Assembly (NCBI GenBank): GCA_009694375.1
Contig: SHVB01000008.1
Location: 45,743-109,742, forward strand
Length of the DNA stretch: 64,000 nt
DNA from: Acidimicrobiia bacterium
GTDB lineage: Bacteria > Actinomycetota > Acidimicrobiia > Acidimicrobiales > VFJN01
Direction: 5' to 3'
Position numbers and translations under genes: made by a program. The notes beneath the pieces are model-generated. The model was not told the origin of the DNA. It worked only from the letters and a program-made list of their open reading frames with translations, and did no database searches. This document shows positions 47,769-62,765 of the stretch, in pieces. How positions within the stretch are numbered: the stretch's first letter is position 1; every line of letters begins with the position of its first letter.

Positions 47769-48976
47769 ACACCCACGCCCAGGCCATGGGCGCACCGTCG
47801 CTCGACCACTGCCCGCTCATGCCCACCTACGGGCCCCCATCGCTACAACTGGTGCGGGGTGAAGGGGTTTGGCTCTGGGATAGGGACGGGCGTCGCTATC
47901 TGGATCTGCTCTCGGGTCTGGCCGTCACCAGCCTCGGCCACAGTCATCCCGCCGTGGCGGACGCCCTCTACGCCCAGGCCCAGACGCTGCTGCATGTCTC
48001 CAACCTCTTCGGCACGGAACCGGGTTGGCAGGTGGCCCAGACCCTCGATCGTCTCCTCGGGGTGGGCCAGCCCGGCTGGCCCGCCGCCGGCGGTATGCGG
48101 GGGCAGGTGTTCTTCGCCAACTCCGGGGCCGAGGCCAACGAATGTGCCCTGAAGTTGGCCCGCCGCTTCGGAGGACGCGGTCGGCATGTTGTGGTGAGCG
48201 CCTTCAACTCCTTCCACGGGCGCACCCTGGCCACGCTCCACGCCACCGGCCAGCCCGCCAAGCACGAGGCGTTCCAGCCCCTTCCGGAGGGGTTCCGCCA
48301 CGTCGCCTGGCAGGACCTCGACGCGCTCGAAGCGGCGCTCGACCCATCGGTCGCCGCCGTGCTCCTCGAGCCGGTGCAGGGCGAGGGTGGAGTGAACCCG
48401 GCGAGTGCGGCCTACTTCCAGGGCGTGCGGCGGCTGTGCGACGAGCGCGGCATTCTCTTCATGGTCGATGAGGTGCAGACGGGCCTCGGCCGGTGCGGCT
48501 CGTGGTTCGCTCACCAACACCTCGGCGTCGTGCCCGATGTGGTCACCATGGCCAAGGCCCTCGGAAACGGCGTGCCCATCGGAGCCTGTTGGGCCAAGAC
48601 CGAGGTGGCGGCGGTCTTCGCTCCCGGCGACCACGCCACCACCTACGGGGGCCAGCCGCTGGCGGCGGCCGCCGCCCGCGCCGTACTGGCGGTGATGGAG
48701 GCCGAAGACGTCCCGGCCCGAGCACAGCGGGCCGGCCAGCGATTGACCCGCGGGGTGACGGCCCTGGCGGGCGTGAAGGAGGTGCGGGGACTCGGGCTGT
48801 TGTTGGCCGTGGAACTCGACGGCCATGATGCCCCTGGCGTGGCGGCTCGCCTGTTGGCTGACGGCGTGATCGTGAATGCCATCACGCCCACGGCGCTGAG
48901 GTTGGCGCCGTCCCTGTTGATCAACGATGAGGAACTCGACGTCGCCCTCGTCGCCCTCACGGAGGTTCTCACATGA
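47765..48976 (+). CDS. argD: acetylornithine aminotransferase
   Basis: FFANSGAEANE and DEVQTGLGRCG, with the PLP lysine context TMAKALGNG. Confidence 0.93.
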   Translation: MNTHAQAMGAPSLDHCPLMPTYGPPSLQLVRGEGVWLWDRDGRRYLDLLSGLAVTSLGHSHPAVADALYAQAQTLLHVSNLFGTEPGWQVAQTLDRLLGVGQPGWPAAGGMRGQVFFANSGAEANECALKLARRFGGRGRHVVVSAFNSFHGRTLATLHATGQPAKHEAFQPLPEGFRHVAWQDLDALEAALDPSVAAVLLEPVQGEGGVNPASAAYFQGVRRLCDERGILFMVDEVQTGLGRCGSWFAHQHLGVVPDVVTMAKALGNGVPIGACWAKTEVAAVFAPGDHATTYGGQPLAAAAARAVLAVMEAEDVPARAQRAGQRLTRGVTALAGVKEVRGLGLLLAVELDGHDAPGVAARLLADGVIVNAITPTALRLAPSLLINDEELDVALVALTEVLT

Positions 48977-49875
48977 CCCGGCACCTGCTCGATCTCGACG
49001 ACCTCTCGCCGTCCGAACTAACCCGGATCCTCGATCTGGCCGATGACCCGTCTCGTCCACCGCTCTTGGCCGGCCAGACGGTGGGGCTCTATTTCGAAAA
49101 GCCGTCCCTACGCACTCGCCACTCCTGCGAGACGGCGGTGGTCCACTTGGGCGGGCACCCGGTGACCTTCCGCTCCGATGAGATCGGCGGGAGCGGGCGG
49201 GAGTCGATGACCGACATCACCCGGGTGCTGTCGGGGTATCACGCCATCCTGGGCGCTCGGGTGTTCGATCACCGGGTCCTCGAGGAGATGACCGCCTGCT
49301 CGCAGATTCCGATCGTCAACCTCCTTTCGGACCGAGCCCACCCCTGCCAGGTGCTCGCTGATCTCCTCACGATGCGCCAAGAGTGGGGGAGTCTGGCCGG
49401 TGCCACGGTGGCCTGGATCGGCGACTTCAACAATGTGGCCCGAAGCCTGGCCCTGGGCGCCGCCATGGCCGGCATGCACTTCCGGATCGCCAGCCCCGTC
49501 GGCTTTGGGCCCAGCCCGGCCGACATCGATCGCCTCATCCTCGCCGGTGCCGCCGGCCCGCCGTTTATGAGTGATCGGCCGGTGGAAGCCGCCGCCGGAG
49601 CCGACGCCGTTCATACCGATGTGTGGTCCTCGATGGGCCAGGAAGACGAAATCGCCGCTCGTCGGGCCGCTTTCGAGGGATTTCAGGTGGACGCCGCCGT
49701 GATGGCCGCCGCCACCGCGAAAGCCGTGTTCATGCACTGCCTGCCCGCCCATCGGGGCGAGGAAGTGGCCACCGTGGTGGTCGACGGTCCACAGAGCCGG
49801 GTCATTGTCCAAGCGCACAACCGTCTCCATGCCTTTCGAGGCCTCCTGCGCTTTCTCCTCGAGGGGACGGCCTGA
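48973..49875 (+). CDS. argF: ornithine carbamoyltransferase
   Basis: FEKPSLRTR, HPCQVLADL, HCLPAHRGEE. Confidence 0.94.
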   Translation: MTRHLLDLDDLSPSELTRILDLADDPSRPPLLAGQTVGLYFEKPSLRTRHSCETAVVHLGGHPVTFRSDEIGGSGRESMTDITRVLSGYHAILGARVFDHRVLEEMTACSQIPIVNLLSDRAHPCQVLADLLTMRQEWGSLAGATVAWIGDFNNVARSLALGAAMAGMHFRIASPVGFGPSPADIDRLILAGAAGPPFMSDRPVEAAAGADAVHTDVWSSMGQEDEIAARRAAFEGFQVDAAVMAAATAKAVFMHCLPAHRGEEVATVVVDGPQSRVIVQAHNRLHAFRGLLRFLLEGTA

Positions 49876-50339
49876 TGGTCGCCAAGCCACAACGACAACA
49901 CCGCATCACCAAGCTCCTCGCCGAGCAGGCGGTGACGAGCCAAACCCACCTCGTGGAACTGCTCAGCGCCGAGGGGGTGAGCGCCACCCAAGCCACGGTC
50001 TCGCGAGATCTGCAGGACCTCGGGGCCATTCGGGTTCGGGTGGCGGGCGGGGACACGGTGTACGCCATCCCCGAACTCCCCGCCGAACAAAGGGCGCCGG
50101 AGGACCATCTCCGACGCGTCTTTGGCGATTGGGTGGTGGAGGTCAATCAGTCCGGCAATCTGGTGGTCCTTCGCACGCCCCCCGGCTCGGCCCACGTGGT
50201 GGGCTCCGCTCTGGATCGCTCCGGGCTCCCCGGCGTGCTGGGTACCGTGGCGGGAGATGACACCCTCATCGTCGTAGTCGCCCAAGACGCACAAGGTTCC
50301 GCAGTAGCCCATCAACTCTCTGATCTCGCTGGTCTCTAA
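49875..50339 (+). CDS. argR: arginine repressor
   Basis: Winged-helix region SQTHLVELLSAEGVSATQATVSRDLQDLG and C-terminal GTVAGDDTLIVV. TGATG overlap with argF. Confidence 0.92.
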   Translation: MVAKPQRQHRITKLLAEQAVTSQTHLVELLSAEGVSATQATVSRDLQDLGAIRVRVAGGDTVYAIPELPAEQRAPEDHLRRVFGDWVVEVNQSGNLVVLRTPPGSAHVVGSALDRSGLPGVLGTVAGDDTLIVVVAQDAQGSAVAHQLSDLAGL

Positions 50340-50362
50340 CCACCCAGGAAGCAGGCATACCC

Positions 50363-51562
50363 ATGACTAAGCGCGTCGTTCTCGCCTACAGCGGCGGCCT
50401 CGACACGTCGGTCGCGGTCCGCTGGATGATCGACAATCTCGGGGTGGAGGTCATCGCCCTGGCCGTAGATGTAGGCCAGGCCGCCGAAGACTACGAGGTG
50501 GTCAAAGAGCGCGCCCGGGCGGCCGGGGCGATCGACGCCATCGTGGTCGATGCCAAGGAGGAATACGCCGCCGAGTACTGCGCCCCGGCCCTGGCGGCCA
50601 ACGCGCTCTACGAGAACCGCTACCCCCTGGTTTCGGCTCTCTCTCGACCGGTCATTGTGAAACATCTCGTGGCCGCCGCCGCCGAGCACGGGGCCGACGC
50701 GGTGGCCCATGGCTGCACGGGGAAGGGCAACGATCAGGTCCGCTTCGAAGTTTCCACTCGGGCCCTCAATCCGGACCTCGAGGTCATTGCGCCGGTTCGT
50801 TCCTGGGGCATGACCCGCGAGGACAGCATTCTCTACGCCTATGACCACAACATCCCGATCGTGGCCACTAAGGAGAAGGTGTATTCAATCGACGACAACA
50901 TCTGGGGACGGGCTATCGAGTGCGGCGAGATGGAGGATCCTTGGAACACCCCCCCGGCGGGCGTCTGGCTCCTCACCCGCCCCACGGCCACCGAACCGGT
51001 CGAGGTCGTCCTGGGCTTTGAGGCAGGGGTGCCGGTGAGCATCGACGGCGAATCCCTCAGCGTCTTAGGGGTCGTCGAGCGCCTCAACGCGTTGGTAGGG
51101 AGCTACGGCTGGGGCCGCGTGGACATGGTGGAGAACCGTCGGGTTGGCATCAAGAGCCGGGAGACCTATGAGTGCCCGGCCAGCCTCGCGCTCATCCTCG
51201 CCCATCGGGATCTGGAAGGCGTCTGCCTCGAACGTGATGTGCAGCGCGAGAAGGCCCGGATCGAACCCCGCTACGCCGAACTCATCTATGACGGGCTCTG
51301 GTTCAGTCCCCTCAAGGAGGCCTTCGATGCCTTCATCGCCGAGACCCAGCGCTACGTCACCGGGGAGGTTCGTCTGGCCTTGGCCCCGGGGTCATGTGAG
51401 GTCACGGGCCGCCGCAGCCCCCACAGCCTCTACGACTACGGGCTGGCCACCTACGAGGCCGACGACTCATTCCGTCATGAAGATTCGGCGGGGTTCGTGC
51501 GGCTGTGGGGGCTGTCGGTGGAGACCTGGGCGGGGACGCAGGGCCGCCTGCACCAACGATGA
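50363..51562 (+). CDS. argG: argininosuccinate synthase
   Basis: VLAYSGGLDTS and HGCTGKGNDQVRFE. Confidence 0.96.
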   Translation: MTKRVVLAYSGGLDTSVAVRWMIDNLGVEVIALAVDVGQAAEDYEVVKERARAAGAIDAIVVDAKEEYAAEYCAPALAANALYENRYPLVSALSRPVIVKHLVAAAAEHGADAVAHGCTGKGNDQVRFEVSTRALNPDLEVIAPVRSWGMTREDSILYAYDHNIPIVATKEKVYSIDDNIWGRAIECGEMEDPWNTPPAGVWLLTRPTATEPVEVVLGFEAGVPVSIDGESLSVLGVVERLNALVGSYGWGRVDMVENRRVGIKSRETYECPASLALILAHRDLEGVCLERDVQREKARIEPRYAELIYDGLWFSPLKEAFDAFIAETQRYVTGEVRLALAPGSCEVTGRRSPHSLYDYGLATYEADDSFRHEDSAGFVRLWGLSVETWAGTQGRLHQR

Positions 51563-52941
51563 GCACGCTCTGGCACGGCCGCTTTGCCGGGGGACCGGCG
51601 GAGGAACTGCTCGCCTACACGGCGAGCCTGTCTTTCGACCAACGTCTCTGGCCCGATGACCTGAAGGGCTCGCGCGCCCATGTGCGGGGTCTCACGGGCG
51701 CCGGCGTTCTCACCCGCGCCGAGTGTGACGCGGTGTTGGGGGCGCTTGATCAGGTGGAGAGCGAACTGAGCGCGGGCTCTTTTGTTTTCGGCCCCGCCGA
51801 TGAGGACATCCATACCGCCGTTGAACGACGGGTTACCGAACTGGCCGGGGCGGCGGGGGCCAAACTTCATACCGGGCGTAGTCGCAACGATCAGGTGGCC
51901 ACGGATCTGCGGCTCTACACCAAGCGGGCCCTGCGAGAGGTGGCCGGACGCATCCTTGGTCTTCAACAAGTGCTGGTGGATCAGGCCATCGCGGTGGGGG
52001 AGGCATACCTGCCGGGGTACACCCATCTCCAACGGGCGCAACCGGTGTTGCTGGCCCATCACCTCTTAGCCCACGGATGGGCTCTGGCGCGCGATGTGGA
52101 TCGCCTCCTCGACTGTCACCGCCGGGCCGACGTGTCACCCCTGGGCGCGGGGGCGTTGGCGGGATCGTCGATTCCCCTCGATCCCGATGGCGTGGCGGCG
52201 GAGTTGGGCTTCGCCCACCGGTTCGAGAACAGCCTTGATGCGGTGTCGGATCGGGACTTCGTGGCCGAGGCGGTATTCGACCTCACCATGGTGGGTATTC
52301 ATCTGTCCCGAATGGGGGAAGAGGTGGTGCTCTGGTGCAGCGAGGAGTTTGGCTTTGCCCATCTCGACGACGCCTACAGCACCGGCAGCTCGATGCTCCC
52401 GCAGAAAAAAAACCCCGACATCGCGGAACTGGCTCGGGGCAAGGCTGGCCGTCTCATCGGAGATCTCACCGGTCTGCTGGCCACCCTCAAGGGCCTACCG
52501 CTGGCCTACAACCGCGATCTCCAAGAGGACAAGGAGCCGTTGTTCGATGCGGTTGATCAGGTATCCCTTGCCCTCACGGCGATGGGGGGCCTGATGGCGA
52601 CGCTGCGTTTCGATGTGGAGCGCATGCAGGCGGCCGCCGACGTACCGGCCGCCGCCGCCACCGACCTGGCGGAATACCTGGTGGTGGGGGGTATGCCGTT
52701 CCGAGAGGCCCACGCGCTCGTGGGGACCCTCGTGCGCCAGTCGATGGAAGCGGGCCCGTCGCTGGCCGCGCTCGTAGCCGCCCACCCCGCCTTGGGTGAC
52801 AACGGTGTGGCGCTGCTCGCGCCGGGGGTGTCGGTCACGCGGCGCACCACTCCCGGCGGGGCGGGCCCGGCCGCGGTAGCGGTGCAACTGCGCCGCTTCG
52901 AGGAGCAACTGCGCGCCGATGGGGAGCGCGTCGCTCTCTGA
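51559..52941 (+). CDS. argH: argininosuccinate lyase
   Basis: LWHGRFAGGP start and the fumarate-lyase signature GSSMLPQKKNPD. ATGA overlap with argG. Confidence 0.95.
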   Translation: MSTLWHGRFAGGPAEELLAYTASLSFDQRLWPDDLKGSRAHVRGLTGAGVLTRAECDAVLGALDQVESELSAGSFVFGPADEDIHTAVERRVTELAGAAGAKLHTGRSRNDQVATDLRLYTKRALREVAGRILGLQQVLVDQAIAVGEAYLPGYTHLQRAQPVLLAHHLLAHGWALARDVDRLLDCHRRADVSPLGAGALAGSSIPLDPDGVAAELGFAHRFENSLDAVSDRDFVAEAVFDLTMVGIHLSRMGEEVVLWCSEEFGFAHLDDAYSTGSSMLPQKKNPDIAELARGKAGRLIGDLTGLLATLKGLPLAYNRDLQEDKEPLFDAVDQVSLALTAMGGLMATLRFDVERMQAAADVPAAAATDLAEYLVVGGMPFREAHALVGTLVRQSMEAGPSLAALVAAHPALGDNGVALLAPGVSVTRRTTPGGAGPAAVAVQLRRFEEQLRADGERVAL

Positions 52942-52984
52942 GCGGCGTCGCCAGGCCGGCCCAATGCGCAAGGCTCGGTAGTTG

Positions 52985-53365
52985 ATGAGCTATCTCCATC
53001 ACGTGCAGATCCGCTACGGCGAGGTCGACATGCAACAGGTCGTCTTCAACGCCCATTACCTGGCCTATTGCGATGATGCCGCCGATTGTTGGTTTCGCTC
53101 GCTGGGCGCCCTGGGCCCGGCGAGCCCTTGGGACGTGATGGTGAAGAAGGCCACCATCACCTGGGACGGCGGCGCCCGGGTGGGCGACGACCTGGCCATC
53201 GCCGTAGCGGTGGTTCGCTGGGGCCACAGCAGTTTCGATGTTGGGTTTGTTGGCACCGTGGAGGGCGCACCCGTGTTCAACGCCGAACTCACCTACGTGG
53301 CCGTGCAGATCGGAACCACCACCACGGTGCGCGTGCCCGAGGACTTCCGCCAGGCCGCCACCTGA
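52985..53365 (+). CDS. acyl-CoA thioesterase (4HBT/YbgC-like hotdog fold)
   Basis: VQIRYGEVDMQQVVFNAHYLAYCDDA matches the 4HBT N-terminal pattern. Confidence 0.75.
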   Translation: MSYLHHVQIRYGEVDMQQVVFNAHYLAYCDDAADCWFRSLGALGPASPWDVMVKKATITWDGGARVGDDLAIAVAVVRWGHSSFDVGFVGTVEGAPVFNAELTYVAVQIGTTTTVRVPEDFRQAAT

Positions 53366-54016
53366 ATGGGGGCGACCCCCACCGAGGCCACGGGGTCGGT
53401 GGCGTTGGCGCGGCACCAACGCGGGGCCTCAAGCCTGGCGCCGAGCGCGGACCTTGCCGTGGCCCAGGACGCCGTGCGAGCCGTTCCCCCGGGGGATCGT
53501 GCCGTCGAGGAGAACCGGTGCCGCATCCTGGCCTTCCTCGCCAACCACCCCGATGCTCTGCACCGCTCCTGCACCCCCGGCCACCTCACCGGCTCTGCGT
53601 TGGTGATCGATGTGGCGACTCGTCGCACCTTGCTGCTGTTCCATACCAAGATGCGGCGATGGCTACAGCCCGGGGGTCATGCCGACGGCGATGCCAACCT
53701 GGCGGCGGTTGCTCTGCGCGAAGCGGAGGAGGAGACGGGCATCGAAGGAATGTCGGTGGTCACCCCCGCCATTGACCTCGATATCCACTGGTTCCATCAC
53801 GCCGGGGGCGCCGAAGGAGATCACCTCCACCTCGACGTTCGGCATCTGGTCTTGGCGCCCGCCGGTTCGGTGGCGGTCACTAACCATGAATCGGAGGGGA
53901 ACCGGTGGGTGGGCCTCGACGATCTGGTGGCGCTGGGGGCCGATCTAGGGACGCGGCGGATGGCGCGGGCGGGTTTTGCCGTGCTGAACGGTCTCAGCCC
54001 ACGTCAAGAGGGGTAG
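53366..54016 (+). CDS. NUDIX-family hydrolase
   Basis: Nudix-box-like PGGHADGDANLAAVALREAEEETGI. The first Glu of the consensus is not in register. Confidence 0.75.
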   Translation: MGATPTEATGSVALARHQRGASSLAPSADLAVAQDAVRAVPPGDRAVEENRCRILAFLANHPDALHRSCTPGHLTGSALVIDVATRRTLLLFHTKMRRWLQPGGHADGDANLAAVALREAEEETGIEGMSVVTPAIDLDIHWFHHAGGAEGDHLHLDVRHLVLAPAGSVAVTNHESEGNRWVGLDDLVALGADLGTRRMARAGFAVLNGLSPRQEG

Positions 54017-54521
54017 CGCAGGCCGGCATGCGGTTGTCAGCGGCAAAGGCATCAATGAACTCCGTGATCTGTTCCCGATCTTTGGCGGACACGAGCAGGC
54101 GGACATCGGGATCGGAACGCAAGGCGTCGGCGTAGCGCTCTCGGTCGCCCAGGTAGATCCGCCAGTCGGCGAGCCAAGCCTCCACCAAACGGCCCTCGCC
54201 GGTGGGGGGCACCAGAGCGTCGAGGTCCTCAAGCATGGCGGCAAACTCGTCGTTGGCGCGCTCCACTACGGCGGCCTGCTCGCTGGCGTTCTCCGACTGA
54301 TTAGCGGTGGGCAACTGACCCACGACGGCCTGGGCAGAAGCGCAGCGTCGCTGGGCGGCCACCGCGAAGGACGGGTCTGCCAAGCGATCCGGTGGCGGTT
54401 GTCGGCCGGGGCCGACGGCGAGGTACACGACATAGACCCACATGGCCACCATGGCCGCCACGAGCACGATCACGGTGATCCGACCAGCGGAGGGGGTAGC
54501 CACAGTGCGCAGCCTCCCCAT
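53994..54521 (-). CDS. membrane-anchored hypothetical protein
   Basis: A single N-terminal TM helix (ITVIVLVAAMVAMWVYVVYLAV) followed by a soluble domain. No family recognised. Confidence 0.55.
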   Translation of the reverse strand: MGRLRTVATPSAGRITVIVLVAAMVAMWVYVVYLAVGPGRQPPPDRLADPSFAVAAQRRCASAQAVVGQLPTANQSENASEQAAVVERANDEFAAMLEDLDALVPPTGEGRLVEAWLADWRIYLGDRERYADALRSDPDVRLLVSAKDREQITEFIDAFAADNRMPACATPLDVG

Positions 54522-54870
54522 CGGGGTGGGGCCGTGTCCACTCGGCTAGTCATCCACGTCAAGGATCACGGTGGCTCCCGGCCGGAACGCCGATGCACGG
54601 TCGTCTCCGGATGGCATGGAAGGTATACCGAAGCGCTTGCGCGGGGCGGTAGATCGTAGAGGACTCGATCTTCTGCGGTGTCTTGGTCAACGTCTCGCGA
54701 CCTTGGTAACGGCAAGCATCAGCAGGAAGGGCCAGGACTGCAAAGCTGCGGAAGGAAGAGCGAATCCGCGGCTGGGCTGGGATCATCTTGACGCATTGAC
54801 CCCGCCCCCTTACGGACGCCGAGCGATTCGGCTGGACCGGGAGGCCCTCCGGCGGGGACGATGGGGAGTG

Positions 54871-56139
54871 ATGGACATACTCGCTGACCTGGATCGTCGT
54901 GGTTTGGTGCAGGACACCACCGACCGCTCGGCGCTCCACGCGCTCATGGAGCAGGGCCCGATCACCCTCTACTACGGCTGTGACCCCACCGCCGCGAGCT
55001 TGCATCACGGCAACCTGATCGGCCTGTTGACCCTGCGCCGTTTCCAAGACGCCGGTCACCGACCGTTGGCCTTGGCGGGGGGCGCCACGGGAATGGTGGG
55101 CGATCCGGGGGGTCGCTCCTCGGAGCGCAATCTGCTCGATCGGGACACCCTGGCGGTAAATGTGGCCGCCATCAAAAGCCAGATCGCGCGCCTCCTCGGC
55201 CCGGAAGGTCCCTGGACGCTGGTAGACAACCTTTCCTGGACAGGGGAACTGCGCTTGTTGGACTTCCTGCGCGACGTGGGCAAGCACGTGACGGTGAACC
55301 AGATGGTGGCTCGCGAGAGCGTGAAGGCGCGCATGGCGGGGGAGAACGGCATCTCCTTCACAGAGTTCTCCTACATGCTTCTCCAGGCCAACGACTACGC
55401 GTGGTTGCACGAGCGCGAGGGGTGTGTCCTGCAGATCGGCGGGTCCGATCAGTGGGGCAACATCCTCTCCGGGGTGGATTTGATCCGCCGCCGTCAGGGT
55501 GCGGTGGCCCACGGCCTGTGTTGGCCGTTGCTCACCAACGCGGCCGGGGCGAAACTGGGAAAGTCCACCGGGGCACAGGTGTGGCTCGACCCGGAGATGA
55601 CCTCGCCTTATGCCTTCTACCAGCACTTTTTACAGACCGAGGACGTAGACGTGCCTCGACTGCTGGCCCAGTTCACCCTCCTGTCGATGGACGACGTCGA
55701 TGCCCTCGTGGCCGCCCATCAGGCCGCTCCCGACCAACGGTTGGGTCAGAAGACCCTGGCGGCGGAGGTCACCGAGGTGGTGCATGGACCCGAGGCACTG
55801 GCGGCGGCCGAGCAGGCCGCCGCCGTGCTCTTTGGCGCTGATCCGCGAGAGGCCTCCGCCGAGGCCCTTGCCGCCGTGGCCCGCGAGGTGCCGGGTGCCA
55901 CCCTGGCTCCGGGAGAGTCGCTGGCCGTCGGGGTCGACCTTGCTCTGGTGCTCGTGCGCACCGGCTTGGCCAGCTCGGGGGGCGATGCCCGCCGCCAGAT
56001 CGACCAGCACGGGATTTCGGTGAACGGCCAGAAGGTGGACGTCGGCCGCCCTCTCACCACCGCTGATCTCGTCCAGGACCGCTGGGTGCTCATTCGGAAA
56101 GGGAAGAAGGGCTGGGCGGTCCTCGACGCAGGGGCCTGA
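54871..56139 (+). CDS. tyrS: tyrosine--tRNA ligase
   Basis: HIGH-type motif ASLHHGNL, KMSKS-type KLGKS, and a C-terminal S4 domain. GGGGAG SD before ATG 54871. The track start at 54571 is unsupported. Confidence 0.94.
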   Translation: MDILADLDRRGLVQDTTDRSALHALMEQGPITLYYGCDPTAASLHHGNLIGLLTLRRFQDAGHRPLALAGGATGMVGDPGGRSSERNLLDRDTLAVNVAAIKSQIARLLGPEGPWTLVDNLSWTGELRLLDFLRDVGKHVTVNQMVARESVKARMAGENGISFTEFSYMLLQANDYAWLHEREGCVLQIGGSDQWGNILSGVDLIRRRQGAVAHGLCWPLLTNAAGAKLGKSTGAQVWLDPEMTSPYAFYQHFLQTEDVDVPRLLAQFTLLSMDDVDALVAAHQAAPDQRLGQKTLAAEVTEVVHGPEALAAAEQAAAVLFGADPREASAEALAAVAREVPGATLAPGESLAVGVDLALVLVRTGLASSGGDARRQIDQHGISVNGQKVDVGRPLTTADLVQDRWVLIRKGKKGWAVLDAGA

Positions 56140-56170
56140 TCACCGCTTCTCCCTCCCCGCTTGCCCCGAG

Positions 56171-56200
56171 TTGACACTCTTCACGGCGGCCCGCTAGGTT
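56171..56200 (+). promoter_or_regulatory. candidate rrn promoter TTGACA-N18-TAGGTT
   Basis: A consensus -35 TTGACA (56171-76) and -10 TAGGTT (56195-200) lie ~350 nt upstream of mature 16S. Confidence 0.5.
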
Positions 56201-56552
56201 GTCCCTTCGCCCCACGGAGGCCCTGACACTGTCGGGTAGCCACCGGAAGGGTGTCTCGGCACCACCGTTGCCCACTGGGTGACGACTGCCGGTTGAGCGC
56301 TGCTCTTCGGAGCGGACGAGGCTCCTTGAAAACAGAAGAGAGGACGAAAAAGCGAGTGCGGGCGTCTGCCCGACTCTCCTCGGAGGGTCGCGCAGCCGTT
56401 CAAAGAATGAAATGCACTTGATACGGACAGCAGTAAATGCTGGCTGTTCTGGTGCCAGTCGGCAAAGAACGGGATCATTCAACCGATCCCGGGATCGCCG
56501 GCTCTTCAAAACCGATCGAAGGGCCCCCCGCCTTGGTGGAGGGTTCGAGATC

Positions 56553-58084
<1,532 letters not shown>

Positions 58085-58342
58085 AGACATCCCCTCATCA
58101 CGAGGGGTACTCCCGAGTTGATCACTCGCTATTCGGTCCTCCATGTCAGGCGACGAAATTGAGTTTCGGCTCTTTCGCACACCGGTGGCAGGTCCCTACG
58201 TCTTCTCTTCTGTTTTGAGGGAGTTTCTCCCTCGAGCTCTGCCAGGCACCGCCGGCCCTTCGGGTCGGTGTCCTGGCGTCTACGACCCGTTGGTCCGGAA
58301 GCTCCTTGAGAATTGCATAGCGAGCACGAGCATCTTTGTTCT

Positions 58343-61402
<3,060 letters not shown>

Positions 61403-61478
61403 GACAATAATGTTCGTGCTCGCTATGGAGTTCCTCAAGGAGCCGCGCCGTCTTTCGGCTGCGCTGCCTTGACAACAG

Positions 61479-61597
<119 letters not shown>

Positions 61598-61606
61598 TTT
61601 GCAATG

Positions 61607-61636
61607 CGAAGGACCCCCAGCGATGGGGGTCCTTCG
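61607..61636 (+). terminator. rrn operon terminator hairpin
   Basis: CGAAGGACCCCC-agcgat-GGGGGTCCTTCG forms a 12-bp perfect stem directly after the 5S. The T-tract that follows (TCGTTTCC) is weak. Confidence 0.65.
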
Positions 61637-61659
61637 TCGTTTCCGGGCCCCGATAGGCT

Positions 61660-62691
61660 GTGACCTTCATGCCAAAACCTCCCCCGTCCTCCTCGTCCTC
61701 CTCCGACCGCGGCCGTCCACCGCGCTCCACCGGCAAGCCCGGTTCCCCGAGAACATCCTCGAAGCCGCGCCCGAGCCGATCATCGGCGCCGCGCGAGAGC
61801 GAGGGCACGCCCTGGCAGCGGAGGGCCGATGATGCCGCCAAGCTCAAGAAGGCGGGCTGGGGGTCAGTGGCCCGCAAAGGGGCCGGGCGCGTGCGCGACA
61901 CCGGCCCCGGCGATGCCTCCAAAGCATTCCGGGAGGCCTCTCCGGAAGGACGAGGCCAGTGGGAGCCGGAGATATGGATCGATGAAGGTGAGGTGCAGGG
62001 AGAGGCCACCCAGGCGGTGAGCCGAGGGCGCTCCGTCCGACGCAACGCCACCGTCGACGACGGCGACGGCGAACTGGCCTCGGATCCTTCGCTGCGCAGG
62101 GCCGTAGCCACCAAGGCGGCCGAACGCCTCGAGACGAAGGTGAAAGAGGCCAGTAAGGCGTTCCGGCGCGAACGGTTCGAGGAGGCCCGGGCGATCCTGC
62201 GGCCGTTGGCGGAACAAGCCCCCACGGTGCAATCGGTGCGGGAGTTGCTGGGCCTGTGCTACTACCGCTTGGGGCGCTGGAAGTTGGCGGTCACCGAGCT
62301 CGAAGCCTTTCGGGGCATGAGCGGGAGCACCGAGCAGAACCCCGTGTTGGCCGACTGCTACCGGGCGGTGGGGCGTCATCGCAAGGTGGTGGAGTTGTGG
62401 GAGGAGTTGAGAGCGGTTTCGCCGAGCGCCTCACTGGTGGCCGAAGGTCGCATCGTCTACGCCGGGTCGCTCGCCGACCAGGGCCGACTGACCGAAGCCA
62501 TCGCCGTCCTCGAGCAGTCAAAACCGCCGGCGAAGAAACCCCAAGAGCACCACCTACGCGTCACCTATGCCCTCGCCGATCTCTACGAGCGGGCCGGCGA
62601 CGTGCCCAAAGCCCGCCATCTCTTCGGCATCGTGGCGGCTGTCGACCCTGACCTAGGAGACGTCACGGCCCGCCTGCGGGCCCTGCGCTAG
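61660..62691 (+). CDS. TPR-repeat protein with basic Ser/Pro/Arg-rich disordered N-terminus
   Basis: The C-terminal half has TPR-like helical repeats ([52 protein letters not shown]). Start is GTG 61660 or ATG 61669. Confidence 0.65.
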   Translation: MTFMPKPPPSSSSSSDRGRPPRSTGKPGSPRTSSKPRPSRSSAPRESEGTPWQRRADDAAKLKKAGWGSVARKGAGRVRDTGPGDASKAFREASPEGRGQWEPEIWIDEGEVQGEATQAVSRGRSVRRNATVDDGDGELASDPSLRRAVATKAAERLETKVKEASKAFRRERFEEARAILRPLAEQAPTVQSVRELLGLCYYRLGRWKLAVTELEAFRGMSGSTEQNPVLADCYRAVGRHRKVVELWEELRAVSPSASLVAEGRIVYAGSLADQGRLTEAIAVLEQSKPPAKKPQEHHLRVTYALADLYERAGDVPKARHLFGIVAAVDPDLGDVTARLRALR

Positions 62692-62765
62692 CCCGGCGTT
62701 GTGCCGCCTCCCCGCCGGTCCGCCATGATGGGCGCACGAGAGCCGAGAAGGGGAACCGGGACGTC

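Noticed and set aside
54399-54659. His-rich 86-aa ORF (MSAGADGEVHDIDPHGHHGRHEHDHGD...), which resembles a metal-binding peptide
   Set aside because: Most of it is antisense to the well-formed membrane-protein gene (53994-54521). It has no SD and no recognisable family, so it is probably a frame artefact.
54560-54870. T-box riboswitch upstream of tyrS
   Set aside because: There is only a partial match to the T-box core. UGGA would pair with an unusual discriminator base. No recognisable Stem I (AG bulge, distal loop, K-turn) or convincing UAC specifier loop is present at the proper distance. The call cannot be supported without a covariance-model search.
56399-56427. Second rrn promoter TTCAAA-N17-TACGGA, and BoxA-like TGCTCTTCGGAGC at 56301-56313
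   Set aside because: The -10 lacks the highly conserved final T. The BoxA match covers only the first 7 nt and overlaps a simple UUCG hairpin. This is too weak to annotate.
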